Source: Lingula anatina (taxonomy: Eukaryota; Animalia; Brachiopoda). Taken from it: a stretch of DNA of 64,000 nucleotides. Shown here piece by piece: positions 1 through 25,045 of the stretch. The stretch spans positions 1,426,001 to 1,490,000 of the forward strand of contig JBPQGU010000016.1 in the NCBI GenBank assembly GCA_051362555.1. Direction: 5' to 3'. The notes beneath the pieces were generated by a model that was not told where the DNA came from, searched no databases, and worked only from the letters and a program-made list of their open reading frames with translations. The first letter of the stretch is position 1. Every line of letters begins with the position of its first letter. A program made the translations under genes and the position numbers.

Positions 1-97
1 CGTCAAAGAGGGATAATAGACTTCCTGTTTACAAACATTTTAACAATTTATGGAGAAGATTTTCGTATAAACGGAAAAGACACGCAGATCCGTGCGG

Positions 98-145
<48 letters not shown>

Positions 146-288
146 GTTTTCGCTTTCCGTAGATCTTATCAATTGTCTCTGCTTTTTGTTTCTAAAAATA
201 AGTGAATAAAATAAAAAAAAAAAAACAAATTCAATATAATGAATGAATAGAAAACGTATACACAGATAAATAAAAATAAATAAAGATA

Positions 289-320
<32 letters not shown>

Positions 321-483
321 GTAACACAAACACAAACACAAACACACTAACTAGATCATCAGCAGGGCTCCTATCAGTATATCTCAGAGGCAATTAGGGG
401 TCTTCTACACAATTACACTGGGGGCGGATGTCATGCAAAGATGGTGCACACGTGGATTGTCAGACAAGCAAGCACGGCACTCA

Positions 484-1180
484 GATACAGATAGATAGAT
501 AGATAGATAACAGAAAATTTTATTCTCATAACCATTACATCATGTGTAGAGAAATGCTACAAAATTATAATTATAATAATAATAATAATAAAGTAATTAA
601 AGGTTCAGATGCTGGTCGAAGAGTCTATTCTTACTAATATTGCATTTATAAATTTTCCTAGATTTAAGAGCGGAATTTTATTTTTCAGATGTGAACAGTT
701 GTTTATATTGAGTAACATCCGGGTCCCGGTAAAAATGTCTTTCTAGAAATTTGTATCAGTGTGTCAGCAGACAAAATATTGGGTGGTAAATGCCAGTTAA
801 TTTTTCAATAGCTGTTGACAAATGAAACTCTACTGGCCATCTTCCAAACTATTCTCGTTACAAAAATGACGACATCTGTGTTTTCTGGGTGTAAACACGC
901 ACGACAGTCAGAAAAGGGCACTTCACAATAAAGATAAGTCTTTTGTTCTCGAAATTGGCCGTGACATACGTCAGAAATCAAGCTCGTGTAGATTACATGT
1001 TTTCTGCTGCTGCATGGTGTATCTAGAGCAAAATTAATCCTCTTCAAGGCGGATAACAGCAATTACATTCGCCGTGTTTGTCGCTGGTATGAGGAATCTT
1101 ATTAGCAATGGATTATTTGTAGGTCGTCTTGTCAAGGAATAGTTTATTTCTTGGAATGAGCTTTTCATTATAGGAATATT
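484..1180 (-). mobile_element. Degenerate non-LTR retrotransposon (CR1/L2-like) 3' remnant
   Basis: (AGAT)n tail next to TTTATT (AATAAA on the minus strand), followed by eroded coding-like sequence. No intact RT motif recovered. Confidence 0.35.
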
Positions 1181-2375
1181 TTCTTTCTTCTTTGTCACAG
1201 ATGTTTATGTTTTACTTGCAGTGTAAAAAGCCAACGTAGCATCGAGCTTGAAGATAAAGATTAAAAAAAAATTGACCTAGCTTGGGCAAAATTTGAATTA
1301 CCCCAAGATATAACCAAATTTTCTAAGGTCAGTACCACATTGGCTATTTTGCTTCCAGTAAACAAAAAGAAATAAAAAATCAATGTCACTCGGTTGATTT
1401 CAAATAAACTGGTTGTGTTTTTTTCTATGTGTGTTTGGTGAGATTTAGATTATGTAACATGCACATCTTCGGGCAAATAATCATTTTCAGGTTTCTTCTT
1501 TGTGTAATGTTTTCCACACTCTGTTCTTATGACGGCGTAAAACTGTAAAGAGTAAAAAAGCTGTTAATACGCTAAGTCCCTAAAAGAAAACAGATCCTTC
1601 TTTCGCTGGATTGTTTAATACAATTCCAATGTTAATTGTAAATCACGTTTGTTGTATCTCCAAAGACACCGCACGTTACTTTAAAAAAGCCATCAAAACC
1701 CAGGGGAGGGAAAACAACACTATGGTGGAAGCCGGTTTGGTGGATTTTAGATCACGATATCGCGTTTCCAGTGGTACTTGAGTACTTTGTTGTTTCGTTC
1801 TTCAGGGTTTTCTTCTCGGAAACAACCCCTTGGAAACCAAAGTGGAAGACGATCGTGTTTCCAGAGACAGGCGACACGCAACCAAGATCCTTAAAAGCAT
1901 TGTTAGAATAGCAAATACATTTTGTATACCTATGGTAAAAAAAGAAACCAACTTTAAATCACGCCGTGTCAATCAAAAACGCGTTTTTCTCTAAATTATA
2001 CTCGTTCTTCGACTCATTGACACTCTATGTCGTCGCCGCAAAACGCCCAAAACACAAATAACTCATATCCACATGTTCGAATATATCACAGAAATGGTAT
2101 AATTTTGAAAGCGACCTGTTCGTCGAAAGGGGAGCAGGTGGCTGATCGTGGCTTTTGGATTGGAAATTATGCCTAGATAGTTAAACATACTTCTGAATAA
2201 TGTAATCCTAAAATTACAGAACACTTTAAGTACTAAAACATACTTCTGAATGATGTAATCCTAAAACAACAGATCATTAAGAATTGTTGTTGAAATATCG
2301 AAGTTGAAAATGTTACATTTTTTTCATTAGAAGACAGGTTTTGTATATTTCACACGTACATGTACACGTATTATA

Positions 2376-2550
2376 GGCCCCATTCAGAATAGGGGACTAA
2401 CTAGGCCAACGTCCAAATATGGCCGACCCACTTGAAAACTCTCCAACGGGATATCTGTTCAGTGTTTAATAGCGGACTGGATGGCAAGCTTTGTAGTGGG
2501 TCTCCATATTTGACCCTCGGGCTAGTAAGTCCCCTATTCTGAATGGGGCC
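2376..2550. mobile_element. Palindromic MITE (Harbinger-like), 3-bp TSD ATA
   Basis: TIR GGCCCCATTCAGAATAGGGGACT ... AGTCCCCTATTCTGAATGGGGCC, with ATA on both flanks and an internal inverted AAATATGGCCGACCCAC core. Confidence 0.8.
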
Positions 2551-4240
2551 ATAGTGTCATACTTCACTTTGTTTACCTTTATCATCTTCCTCTATGCGTA
2601 TCTATTTTCTTTCAAGCGTATATCGTGTTGTTCTGGACATGACACCATTAAACATATCGTATTACTTTATAGAAAGAATATCACACATTTTCCTGGAAAC
2701 GTCAACAAATTTATCTTCATTACCACCGTATACCATACACAAACCGTTCACAGATTATTTTCCTAAAATCCGCGTTAAATACCGGTTAATACCAGTTATG
2801 ATGTCTCCAGCGTTTGAGCCAGTTTCGTATATATACAGACTTTACATCTAATATGGTCGGGTTTACAGTGTGTATAATGAGCTATGCAGTGCTTTACAAA
2901 TTTATTAATCTGTGGCAGAATGGCGCGAAAAAGACAGGCACTGCCAGACAGATAATTGCGCCAAACGAAACGGTCCGCACAGTTTTATAGAGTAATGCCC
3001 AGACTGATTTACCTACACAGAGGCCACACCCAATGTATCGAAATCTTACCACAAGGGTACAGGACCCACTGTCTTTCGGGATATGCTGTTGCAACTAAAC
3101 AAAATCCACTCAGTCCGTTCAGAATGAGGGGTAAATTGCCACCAAAACGCATTTTTCAAGGCCCTTAGCGAACACCAAACTGGATTGAGCAGGTTAGAAT
3201 ACCAGATAACCTCCGAGGAACTCACTGTAAACAGCAAAACATCGTCGTGTGTTTCTCTAATGAAATGGGGACCTTGTCTGTATCTGGGTTGAACATTGAA
3301 ATCTCGTGGCTTTCTTTATTGAGGTCAGATTTCACCTGTACCACTCAACAGTCAAAACAGAGTTTACAAACATCCAGAAGAGGCCAACGACGAAGCGTGT
3401 GCCGCGTCTAAAGTGACTAAGGTCATTAACAGCGTCAGTATTTGGAGTGGATACCACATTGGTGCCAAAACACCAATGGAAGTCATCGACGAAAACCTGA
3501 ACCAGATCAAATAAAGGAATAATATAAATAATCTGGGAACCACTTGGCTATCAATTGATAGGGGGCAACTTAGGAACAATTTTAGGTTGCACGGTGAGAT
3601 TACAGAGCACTTTTAATAGCAGATTACTTAAAGAACCAAGAGAATGAGCAGCTACCTTGGTCATCAAAACCGCCATATTTGGACCACATAGGCAATATGT
3701 GGGTAGGCCATTACTCGCCGAATCGATGGCCTACATGTCCTACAGCAAAACTGGACCAAATTGGACAGATTTTGAACGATGCCTGGAATGTTATTCCAGA
3801 TTGAACTTTAAAAACCTATCACAAGGAATCCCTTGTCACTTGAGAGCGCTGGTAGCAGCCAGAAGAGGTCAGGCATAACAGCAACCGTTACTGTGACTAG
3901 ACACTGACATGAGGGTCCTTTGTGGAGCGTGTAACTCTTTTACAGACAATAATTTGGAAAATATGGAGGTCCAAAACATCTCTTTTAATGGTTGTCGTAT
4001 GACATAGAATAGACAATGTGTTTTTGTTTGCTTCTCTAGGAGCACTACCCACATGAATCACTGCATATTACATAATGCAGCAGCGCAACAAACCTGGTAT
4101 TCAGTTAATTGGAAACGACACACCTGACTACACACTTCTCTATTCACATATCTTATATGAGATCGGACTTTTTTGAAAAAAAGAATGCATTTTTACTTAG
4201 GCATACCCTCGAAACTGAAATATTCCATATTAAATGTCAA

Positions 4241-4243
<3 letters not shown>

Positions 4244-4337
<94 letters not shown>
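4244..4337. repeat. (TA)n microsatellite followed by poly-T
   Basis: Directly visible. Confidence 0.95.
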
Positions 4338-4338
<1 letters not shown>

Positions 4339-4760
4339 CCGCTTTTGAAACTTAATTTCAAGCAATACAATGATGGCAAAGATTACAAAAGCAAAAATAC
4401 AATCTCTCACGAGAAGAATGTACTTCATGTTCTGACCTTTCATCAAACGAGAATGAAATTAATCTCATCGGATTTCAGAAACTGCATGACTAATCGCTTG
4501 CAATGATAATGTGAGGTCTGATTTTTTGATGTTTATTTCACCCTCAGGCTTTGAAGTCGAATTGCAACGGAATTAATATTATAGTTATAATACAAACACA
4601 ACACAAGTACCACAGAAGAAGGGTACATTGACACTGCATTGGAGGCGGCGCTCTTGGAGTCCTGTAAATGGCTCGTTTGCGTAATGGTAATCGAACTTGG
4701 GTAAAATTGAATCATTACCGAAACACATTCCATACAGTATGTTCTGCGATATTACTTAAT

Positions 4761-4920
4761 GGCCGCATTCATAACCTATTTATCAGCAGACATATAGGTC
4801 CGCGGATCAAATATGGCTAACCCACGTGAAAGCTTACCGCGTTATTCCCGCGGGGAATCTATTCAGTGTCTGTTAGGGGATTATGCTAGGTTAGTCTGCG
4901 GATCAGCATGTTCTGGATAC
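4761..4920 (+). mobile_element. Partial copy of palindromic MITE family H2
   Basis: Contains GGATCAAATATGGCTAACCCAC and GGGAATCTATTCAGTGTC blocks shared with 2376, 23966 and 27527. Boundaries approximate. Confidence 0.55.
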
Positions 4921-5497
4921 CCCCCATGAGACATCACTTCCCTTGTACTAATTGATTCTATAAAAGTAGGTCAGTTTTGAAATAAGTATACTTTAACTTC
5001 GTCACAAAAATATGAATAGGCGTTGTTGTTGTGCACTGCTTTGTCTTGCAAGTCAAAACCCTCAGCAAACGGGTCTAATGGAGTATACAGGTTCTTGCGA
5101 ACACTTTCACAGATCAAGAAACGATGCAGAGCAGATCATTATTTATTCTCTTTCTCTGAGGAAAATAAGTCGATATATAATATAACGTCAAGTTGCGATA
5201 AAGTAGTAAGCTTAAGTATTGACTTTTCATTAGGTGACATGTTTATATTTGCCATACATTATTGTCAGAGCACTATAATGATAGGGTTGACAAGGAAAGA
5301 CAAAAAGTCTCTCTCTCTTTGCCCCCACTCCCTCTCTCTGTCTCTCTCTCTCTCTGTCTCTCTCTCTCTCTCTCCCTCGATATAAATGCTTTGTTCGTAC
5401 ATTTTGCTTTAGTTCGTGTGTCTTTTTCGTCATCTCGTAAACAATGTCTGAAAACTAACAAGCGCGCTTTTCACAGTATTAACGCCACGACGTCTGT

Positions 5498-5514
5498 GAT
5501 TGGCTGAATCCAAT
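5498..5514 (+). promoter_or_regulatory. Paired CCAAT boxes (GATTGGCTG ... CCAAT), candidate promoter of gene A
   Basis: NF-Y-type GATTGGCTG at 5498-5506 and CCAAT at 5510-5514, about 300 bp upstream of the ATG at 5812, at the start of a CpG-richer stretch. Confidence 0.35.
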
Positions 5515-5811
5515 TGCAAGCATTGACAAATGTGAGAGAAACGCGTATAACATCTACGCCAGCGACAGCCGTTATTCACCGCCGTTCAACCAACGCCTTC
5601 ACAGTACACAGGGACTGCTCGACAACGACATCGCCAAACGGAGAAGAATAGTTTTTGACAGGTGGCGGAAACAAGCCAAGAAGAAACAAAAGAAGGTCGA
5701 TTTGTTTTCTAAACTGACTGAAGCCAGAATTCCTAGTGACGCGTACCTGGCTATATTTTTACTCAGTATAATACCACATTGAATTAGAGGGTTTCTAGAG
5801 GTTTTTCAAGG

Positions 5812-16333
<10,522 letters not shown>

Positions 16334-18289
16334 TTTAGCGAAGTGTGACGTCGCAGTTCCAACACAAGATTTCACTGGAAAACTATGGCGACGAAATTGC
16401 GATCTAATACACTAGAGTTGTGTGATTCTTTATGTTATAGATGAAAAAAGAATAGACAAATTAAATATTTTGCTCAATAGGAGGTATCTTGTGAAAAAAA
16501 ATAGAATGTTGATTTATAATTTTGGAGATAAACATGTTTTTTTTAATCCAAAGAGAGAAAGGTTAATTTTTTATCAGCATACTTTTTTCCGTTTTTGCAA
16601 ATTTTTCCTTTACATTAGGTATTATTAATACAAAATATTATTACAATATTAAAATATTAATACAAAATACTTCAGTATGGAAAGGGAGATTAACCACATT
16701 ATACAGTACAACATGTACGACATTTCCTGAATGATCTGGAGATTTGAAGTCAGGAACACTTTATCCTTAATACAAAATTCAAAAACTGAAAAGGAACCAA
16801 CATAGACAACAAACCAGAAAGCAATTTAATTTTACTTCTCTACTTTTGATTTTAAGTGAAATTTAAGGTTTTGTCTTGTTTTAAACTTATGCGATTTGAT
16901 AGCTATTCGCACATATATATGCATATATATTTATTTATGTATACGGATTTCAGAGAAACAGTCATATAAGATTCTTTAAGAGATATCATGCACGTAAAAC
17001 CTTTATGTATTAAAAACAATCTTAACACCTTTCTGTAAATCACCAAGTAAATCATCATATATATATATGATAAGTCTTTGTCCCATTTTTACTTTTTCAT
17101 TTTTAGCTTTCAAGTAAAATTTATCAGGCTTCGTCTCCAAAAGATAGTGACCCAAAGGTTAGACAAACGGGTTTATAGGTAGTTATTTTGTCAACTGTAC
17201 TGAATATGATATATCTTGGTGATTAACAGAAACGTGTTTGAATGACAGGGGAACTTTTAAAGAAAATGCAAAATTAATATTCAATCGGCATCTTGTGTCT
17301 TACATATTTTATAATTTTTGCGTTAAGATTGTTGAGGGGAGGGATTTAGAAGTACTCATTTCCTTTAAAATATTTTTACTCGGTTCGTTTTTAGCGCACT
17401 GCAGTAGTAAAGATGCTTTGTAGATTAGATATTGTCTTCAGTTGTACTGATAGGAAAGCAACCGGTTCTTAGTAACGTATAAACTCGCTTATTCTAGTGT
17501 GATACTTATTTCGAATGAGACTTGATAAATCCAGATCCTCTCTAAATCAATGGCACTAAAACCTTCATATAAAGCCGGTTGTTTGGACAAGAATATAAAA
17601 AAAAAATGACTTAGGATTTAAAATTCTGAATGAGTGGGTTCTTGGTTACTTAATGTGTAAACTAAATCATTGATTTGAGTATGACACTAAAATCAGTGTG
17701 AAAATTTATAGCTATAGTAGTGTGAAAACGTATCAAATGTGCACACAGACAGAAACTAATACACACGCGCGCAGGTACGATCTGCAATGTTTTTACTTTG
17801 TAATTATAACCTCTATAATTTTCCACGAAGTTGAATGTTAAAATTAGTTTGAGGGGGTGAAATGAGTCAAAACTATGTGATAGCTGCCTAAATCATCACT
17901 GAAATGTCTGTCAACGTGCAATAATAACACAGCTATTCGTGAAGCACTTACCGCACAAAATGCTGTATTATATCTAACCTATATTTCATATTCGGAATTA
18001 TGTTGTTTCATAAATTTTTTTTTAAATTTTTTTAATCGAAAGGGATACATGAAGATTTTTTAAGAATGGCGTCATTTGCTTTCATTTGGTGAGATTCATG
18101 TTAAGGGCAGAACACGCAAAGACGACCGGGAGTGACCGGTAGCATTATATTTGTTGTCTTCTGAGATGATGCAAAGCGCTAGTAGGGCAGAAAAGACCTT
18201 GTCAACAATGCATTTCTGACAGAGTTCTTCTGAAAGTGAGGCATAATGACGTCATTGTGAAATCTCTGGCAGATATACATAATACTGAG

Positions 18290-18512
18290 GTGGATTGATC
18301 CAACTGTGATGGGGATTCTCCCTAAGTGCACTCAATGTAATCGGTTTCAATGTCCGCCACGCCTCCTCGGGCTGCTAGGGGGTAAGTAAGCCGAACGCAC
18401 ACACAAATGAATTACCCGCTAGCCACCAAGGAGATGTGTCAAATAATTAAGCTGATTACACTGAATGCAATTAGTGATAATTCCCTGCAGAGTTGGATCG
18501 ATCCAGCTGGTG
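18290..18512. mobile_element. Diverged palindromic MITE related to H1
   Basis: GGATTGATCCAACT...AGTTGGATCGATCC arms. Core AATGTCCGCCACGCCTCCTCGGGCTGCTAGGGGGTA resembles the H1 core and 55920-55960. Confidence 0.5.
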
Positions 18513-20815
18513 CAAAGTTTGAATTTGAACGCGGTCTATCTATCAATCTAGATGTATTTCTAACCCTCAGAACCCCCTGGCAACGGGCCTGTCTACTATG
18601 TCTTGGGTATAAGTATCTATACAATCAGTAGACATTAATTCATTAGGTAGTGCATGCCCATTCAATGGCAACCTATTTCACAGTTATGAAAACATGTCCT
18701 CGTATTATGAGTATTAAAAGTAAGAATAGTGATAACAATGTAGCGTAAAGAGCTCCCATCTATAAATGTGTGAAAATGAATCTGATAACAGCATAGTGAG
18801 ATTAAGAGTCTCTTCTACTAGATATATAAGGTTCTTAAGAAAGAGAGGAAACCATTGCTATAGACATGGCAAGAATAAAGATAGAATTTCGGATATAGAC
18901 GACAGTCTTATAAAAGTCACATTAATCAACACGCGTAAGAACTAAGGTAGCCTTGGCAACGGTTGTCATTGGTTCCGATGGGTTATTATCTAAAACGTAG
19001 AAGAAGTAGGTGAACATTCTCCTATTGTGATGTGCAGCAAATGTTCCTGGAGTTGAAAATTATCTTTTTAGCTGACATTGTCAGGAAAAGAATGCAAACC
19101 CAAACGTCACGCCAGACACGCTTAAGAATGTAAAAAAGACGCTTTGGGTTTAAGCACAAACAATGGCCGCGCTCGTTTGTGTTCTGATGTTACACTGTAT
19201 CGTGGGTTACGATGCTTGCTCTGCGTAACACTACGTTATAAAACTGGGGAAAAATTCTGTGAAATAGTAGAGGACTGTGTCCTAAGTCCATACATACATT
19301 CATTGGTATTCTTGGAGCATTTCGTGCTGCTCTCGGTTACATTAATTCAACCTACTAGTCGAATTAAGAGTGCCAGGGGGAATTTAGCCAAGATAAACTA
19401 CGTGTACTTATGGGGAACAAGTGACATGTCTATAGCGTGGTTTGTTCTATCATTTTATTAAAGTATGATATATCTATATATATATCTATATCTATATTTG
19501 ATTTTTAATGTATTTGGATGGTATTTTGTTACATGTAGTAAGTAGTTAACACTTGAGCTCAGCAATGTAACTATTGATCCTGCCTACTGATTTTGCCAAT
19601 AATTCTATACAGGTAACACAATGCTTTAAATTGCGGTGACTTTCAACATATAGGAAGGCTTGTTTCCATACGAATGCACACCGTACGTAATAAGCTGATA
19701 ATTAGCTCTACTCGTTTTAACCATATATTTGTAGTCTATATGCAGAAAACTAGTGTTCATTTTATTTGCCTTCAGTAACAATTGAGAACATAAGTGAAAA
19801 ATAGCTTTCTTTACTTCATTTGGTCTTGCGAATATCAATAGCTACGTTTATCAAGGGCGAAGCCAAGTTTAAAGCAATACCGCCCAGTGCGTATTAAGAG
19901 ATAGGATTAAGGTTTGACTAATCACGGATGAAAAGGTCATACACATTAATAAACTGCAACATCGCAAAAAAGAGAAGAAAAAAATTAATGTCGTGCACAC
20001 AGAGATTAAGAAGGAAGTATTTATTATATTTGATCGAAACCCAAGTAAACTCTGCTCACCTTTGTAGCGTGATGCGTCGACCACAGAATCATGTTTTTTT
20101 AATCATTTGAATAGGAATTTGAACAAGTGAAACAGAGGTTAAAAAAGTGGGCGATTTATTTCCTTCGCAAGCCTTTTTTTGCCTTATCCATCTTGTGTTT
20201 CATGTCGCAGATGCCGTTCCCGATTTGTATGATAGCAATGTGAGATTTCCTGTTTCGAAATGTTTGAGTACTTATATTAAGGGATAGTTCGTCGGAATTT
20301 TTGGCATCTAACATCCGACTTTGTTCAAGTTTCCGTCGTGAAAATGAGCTTTAACTCCTTTAACACATTAATGTTGGGCTAGGCCGCTGATCTCAAAAAA
20401 TAGATTTGACTATTTTTTAGTCTAAAATCCTTGAACTTTCCTTTAAAGCGCCTTGTTTGCCCTCTGCGCCACTGCTATAGCCTGGCCTTCATGTTAAAAT
20501 ACCTCGCAAGACTTCCTCTTCGGCCAGTACTGTTAACTGTTAAATATTGTTAATGATGTATTGTTATTATGGGTATTGTTATCAGATCTGTCTTATTGTA
20601 ATAAAGTGCGTGTATTTATTGTTACTTATTTGTCATTGCTTATTGTCAGTTAATTACGATGACGAAATGCAACGTTAATACACCCGACAGCACCTGTGTT
20701 CCTAACCTAAAATATAGCCATAATTGAGAAAACGATTGCTTCATCTGTAGGCTTAAACTGATAACTGGCACCAAGAACAAATCATGTCTAATCATGGAGT
20801 AGAAATGCTAAATAA

Positions 20816-20816
<1 letters not shown>

Positions 20817-20908
<92 letters not shown>
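20817..20908. repeat. Compound (TG)n(AG)n microsatellite
   Basis: Directly visible. Confidence 0.95.
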
Positions 20909-20912
<4 letters not shown>

Positions 20913-21312
20913 GAGAATGAAAGAGAGAGGGAGAGAGGGAGAGTGTTAAAAGGATAGCTCGTCCTTGTTCCTGAAAACAGACATGCAATAAGAGACGACG
21001 ACATGCGACACTTGTTGGAAAAAGGCCCCAATTATCAGCTTATTAACCAGATACATGTTGCTTAAAATGCACAGATTGCGGCGACAATCCATAGCTGTTA
21101 ACAATTATGAAATACGAAGGGTTTCATGTGTCGCAATAAATACCTTCGAGTTAAAAGGCTTCGTCGAGATATTAACTTTGTCGTAGGAGAGAGAGAAAGA
21201 CAGGGAGATCAAGTAACTTATTTACGACATTTTCAAATCCAAATAGAAAGAAGAAGACGATTCTGTCGTCGTCGAAAATAATCAACATCCAACGCGCTTA
21301 GTTGTCGTGTTA

Positions 21313-21526
21313 GGGTCTATTCCCACAACTTTAGATCGATCTATCACCGAGGGGAGTCTCACCAGACTACCGTAAGATAATCCCCCTTAAGTGTCCGACC
21401 CCGCCCACTACAAGCCGTAAGGGGCAATTAACTTTCGTGTCCGCCCGGCTGACAGCTATTCAGCGCGAACCCCCAGGGAGTTAGGTCGATCCAAAGTAGG
21501 TCGATCTAATCTATGGAAATGGGGTG
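21313..21526 (+). mobile_element. MITE family H1, copy 2, TSD TTA
   Basis: Shares long identical blocks with 10297-10511 (e.g. AATTAACTTTCGTGTCCGCCCGGCTGACAGCTATT). TTA on both flanks. Confidence 0.8.
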
Positions 21527-22053
21527 TTAAACGTCCTTCAAACTCTTAAAATGCACAAGGTGACGCTTTTTTGAAAGAAAACAAGAAGCAGCTTCCCGAC
21601 TTTCCCTATATCGACTATGGCATTTTTCTAACTCTTTGCCTTGGCATTTACCTCTCTCATATGGCACTAAGGAAAAAAAATTACAGCAACTTCTTTGACT
21701 GACATTGGAACCCTTTCTCCTGTGCAGACATTTCTACGAATTTGTAACAAAATCAATATGTTTTTCATTTTGATAGATCTTGAAACAGCGCTCTGTGCTG
21801 GCTTTGCCTGTGACAAAGGAAAGACGAGCAAGAAACTAATTACGGGTTATATTTTTAGCATGGAAACTGGAAATTCGTGTCTAAGATTTAATAAAGTCGG
21901 GTTTTGCTGAGTGAGCATAAACATAACCACGCTATTATTATACAGGGGGATTAACATTTCACACTTTGCTTATGCAACTTTAAAAGCAACCATTGGGGAG
22001 TGTTGGAAATAAACGATCTTCTTTTGCAAAAACGCTGAGTAATCGATGCAGGT

Positions 22054-22106
<53 letters not shown>

Positions 22107-23965
22107 ACGAGAGAGAGAGAGAGAGAAATTGGAGATAAAAGAAAACGAGAGAGAGAGAGAGAGCGATACATATGTAAAACCTGTTTCAAAACATTCACAT
22201 AACAGGTCCTTGCCATACATATATATATATATTGAGAATGCGAGAAAAAGTTATCTTCTTGGAGTAATTTTCCCCCATTAGAGCAACGCGTGCAAATAAG
22301 AGTTTAAAGACACAAACAATGTACAGGGTACATTGCATAACAGTACCTGGTGCAATTATTATTTTAAAAATATATTAAAAATAATTTTAAAAATAATATA
22401 AAATATATATATTCAAAAATAATCATAACAGAACTCCTTAGCCGGCAGTGAAGCAAAACATGCTTATTGTTAAAAAATATTGAGTGATCTTTTTACTAAT
22501 GCATAGAAGATCGATGGATAAAAAGAGAATCAAAGAATAAAAAATTAGTCGAAATGTGCGGGTTGGGATAAATCAAGTGGGAATCTTGAATTACAAACGT
22601 CTTTATAAACGTTTCCTCATTTTCGACCCACCTACATGTACCTGTGGATTTGTATCAAAAATAACAGCTAATAGCACCCATAAGTCGTGACCTCAGGAAT
22701 AATACACGACTGGAATCTGAGATGTCATTTTAATAGACCTTGAAGTTGACGAGATGGTAAATAATTCCTTTTGACTTGGCCTCTCATAAATCACCTTTAT
22801 TCAGTTTCGTAAACAGTTGTGGCTTTGATTCTTGCAACGTGACTTTGGCTACATTTTCTTCTAGTTCTATTTTACTTACATGTACATGTACCAGGCACCC
22901 CTCTTGTTTTTCGGTGTTTTGGAATTGTTACACCCGTTCTATTGTCCCTAAACTTGAATCATTTGCATACTGCATTGCTACTCAATTAAAAAACTTTTCA
23001 TGTGAAAAATTATGGCTAATATTTCATCTTTCGCGGTTAATAATTTTGGACCAGTGACATTGTCACTTATAAAAGAAAACGTACCTGCCATATTTAGGAC
23101 ATTTGTTATCAAAACTGTTTTTTTTTCTTTTATAAAGAATCATCATAACCATTTATCTTTTGACGGAGAGAACAAGGGTAAGTGATAAAATATAATTAAC
23201 AATCGCTTTAAAAGAGTAAAAAAACCTTTCAAAATTTTATTAAAAACTCACATTTAAAAGAAAATTGCAAAGATTCATATCATAAACTCTATGGTTATTA
23301 CCGTTTGTTTAATATCTTAATTATAATAAAAGTTTGAGGTTCTATGGAATACGCTATTTAATAACTCTCATTTCTTCAGGTGTAAAACCAAGTTAAACCT
23401 TCAGACAGGAATAAATATTGGGAGTTTCATAAATTTTTACGTGATCAACAAAGTAAACCTAATCCAAAATCATTGGAATTATCTGCATTTCCTGAGTGAC
23501 TCAAAAATTAGAAAATCAGTACCCAAAACGTTCCATCTAATACTCTTTGTGCAACTTCCATTTTTAGAGACATAGTTTTTTTGCTTTTTTTCCTCTCTCT
23601 CCTTTTATGAAATATCGGAAATTACAACCACATACAGCGAAGATGTCGAGAGCAATTTGAAACAGGAAACAGGAGCTTATCGATAGAACGTCACCATGTT
23701 AAACGCTACGACAGTAGCAATCAGCCGTTGACAAACGAGCAGATACTGCATCTTTCAAGCGAGGTTGCGATGGTGTCGCCACGTATCGGTCGTACTTTAC
23801 ACTACATATATTGTGTGAAAAGGAGAAATATGCAATATTACACAAAAGTAAAATAATAACCGGCTAAAGGGCCGACATCTGTTTCACACAGGAAAATCTG
23901 GAGTTCAGATATTCGGAGGAGGAATTGCGCACCGAAGCTCGGATTAGGTAATACCAAAGATCAGC

Positions 23966-24155
23966 ACTGAATAACACATTAAGGACAGCGGACTAACAGA
24001 TCCGAGGATCAAATACGACAACCCGCTTAAAAGATTGCCGCTTAATTCCCGATTAGACACTGAAAAGATTCCCCGCAGGGATTACGCAACAAGCATTCAA
24101 GTGGGTCGGCTGTATTTGATCCCAGGATCTGTTAGTCAGATGTTTTGAATGCGCT
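23966..24155 (-). mobile_element. Palindromic MITE family H2 copy
   Basis: Inverted arms GACTAACAGATCCGAGGATCAAATAC / GTATTTGATCCCAGGATCTGTTAGTC around a GACACTGAAAAGATTCCCC core. Confidence 0.65.
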
Positions 24156-25045
24156 CATTGATAATTACTTTCCCCTTGCTCGGAACACTTCGGCTGAAGA
24201 TAATGAGAGAAAGGGTCAAAAGAATAAAATTGTTAATTTTAGGCAGTTGGGTTTAAAATAAGTTGTTCCTTCCCACTGGATACTGACAATGATCAGAAAA
24301 TGCAAAGGCAATTTTTTTTCACTTAATGATCGACAGAGTTTATTATAAAAGTTGATAAATACAGTACTGAATATAACGGAAAGTTACAACTGATACTACA
24401 TTATAAAATAGAAAAAAAAAGATTTCGAGGATGATGTTTCGTTTTTTAAATTATGTATAAAAATCAACAGTATTAAATAAAAAGTTAAAGCTGGCACAAT
24501 CAATATGTGACTTCGTCTAAAAATTATTTTGAAGACGTGCAGTTGTTCACCTAACCAAGCAGTTGCCGATAAGTACACATTATTAACAATTAAAATTCAA
24601 ACAGCCCAAGTTAAAATGCGTATTGGGCTAAAACACTTCTTTGGCCACCTGCGTTATCTGTTGAACCTTACTGACGTCTTGATGCTCTCACACGTTTTAC
24701 TAAGCCAGTGGAAACACGCGTAACGAAATGTGCAGATACTAGCTGCTGTGCATGACCAAAGAAAAAAAAGACTCTGATCTGTTCTTCCTACGTGGAAAAT
24801 AATGGGCCTACATACTCATTTTACTCAGATGCAGTGTCATCTTTCTTCTTTCTCTGCATGCAATGTGTTCCATGCGCGACATATGAGACGCTAGCTTGTT
24901 GTTTAAGGCTCTTGTGAGCGCATATATGTCTCGAGTGCTCTGTATTTTTTTGTCGGTATTCCGTGCGGAGATAAAGATGTTTCAAACAACTTCGAGTGGT
25001 GCAGGGATGGAAGTCGTTGAGTCGAAGGCTAGATTATCAAAACTT

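Noticed and set aside
2550-4060. Cluster of short overlapping ORFs, possibly LINE ORF1/endonuclease remnants
   Set aside because: No recognisable motif could be recovered in any frame; BLASTX would be needed.
4109-5507. ORFs with YIYIYI, SLSLSL and RERERE runs (also near 11015, 13172, 21951, 46819, 55392)
   Set aside because: These are translations of microsatellites.
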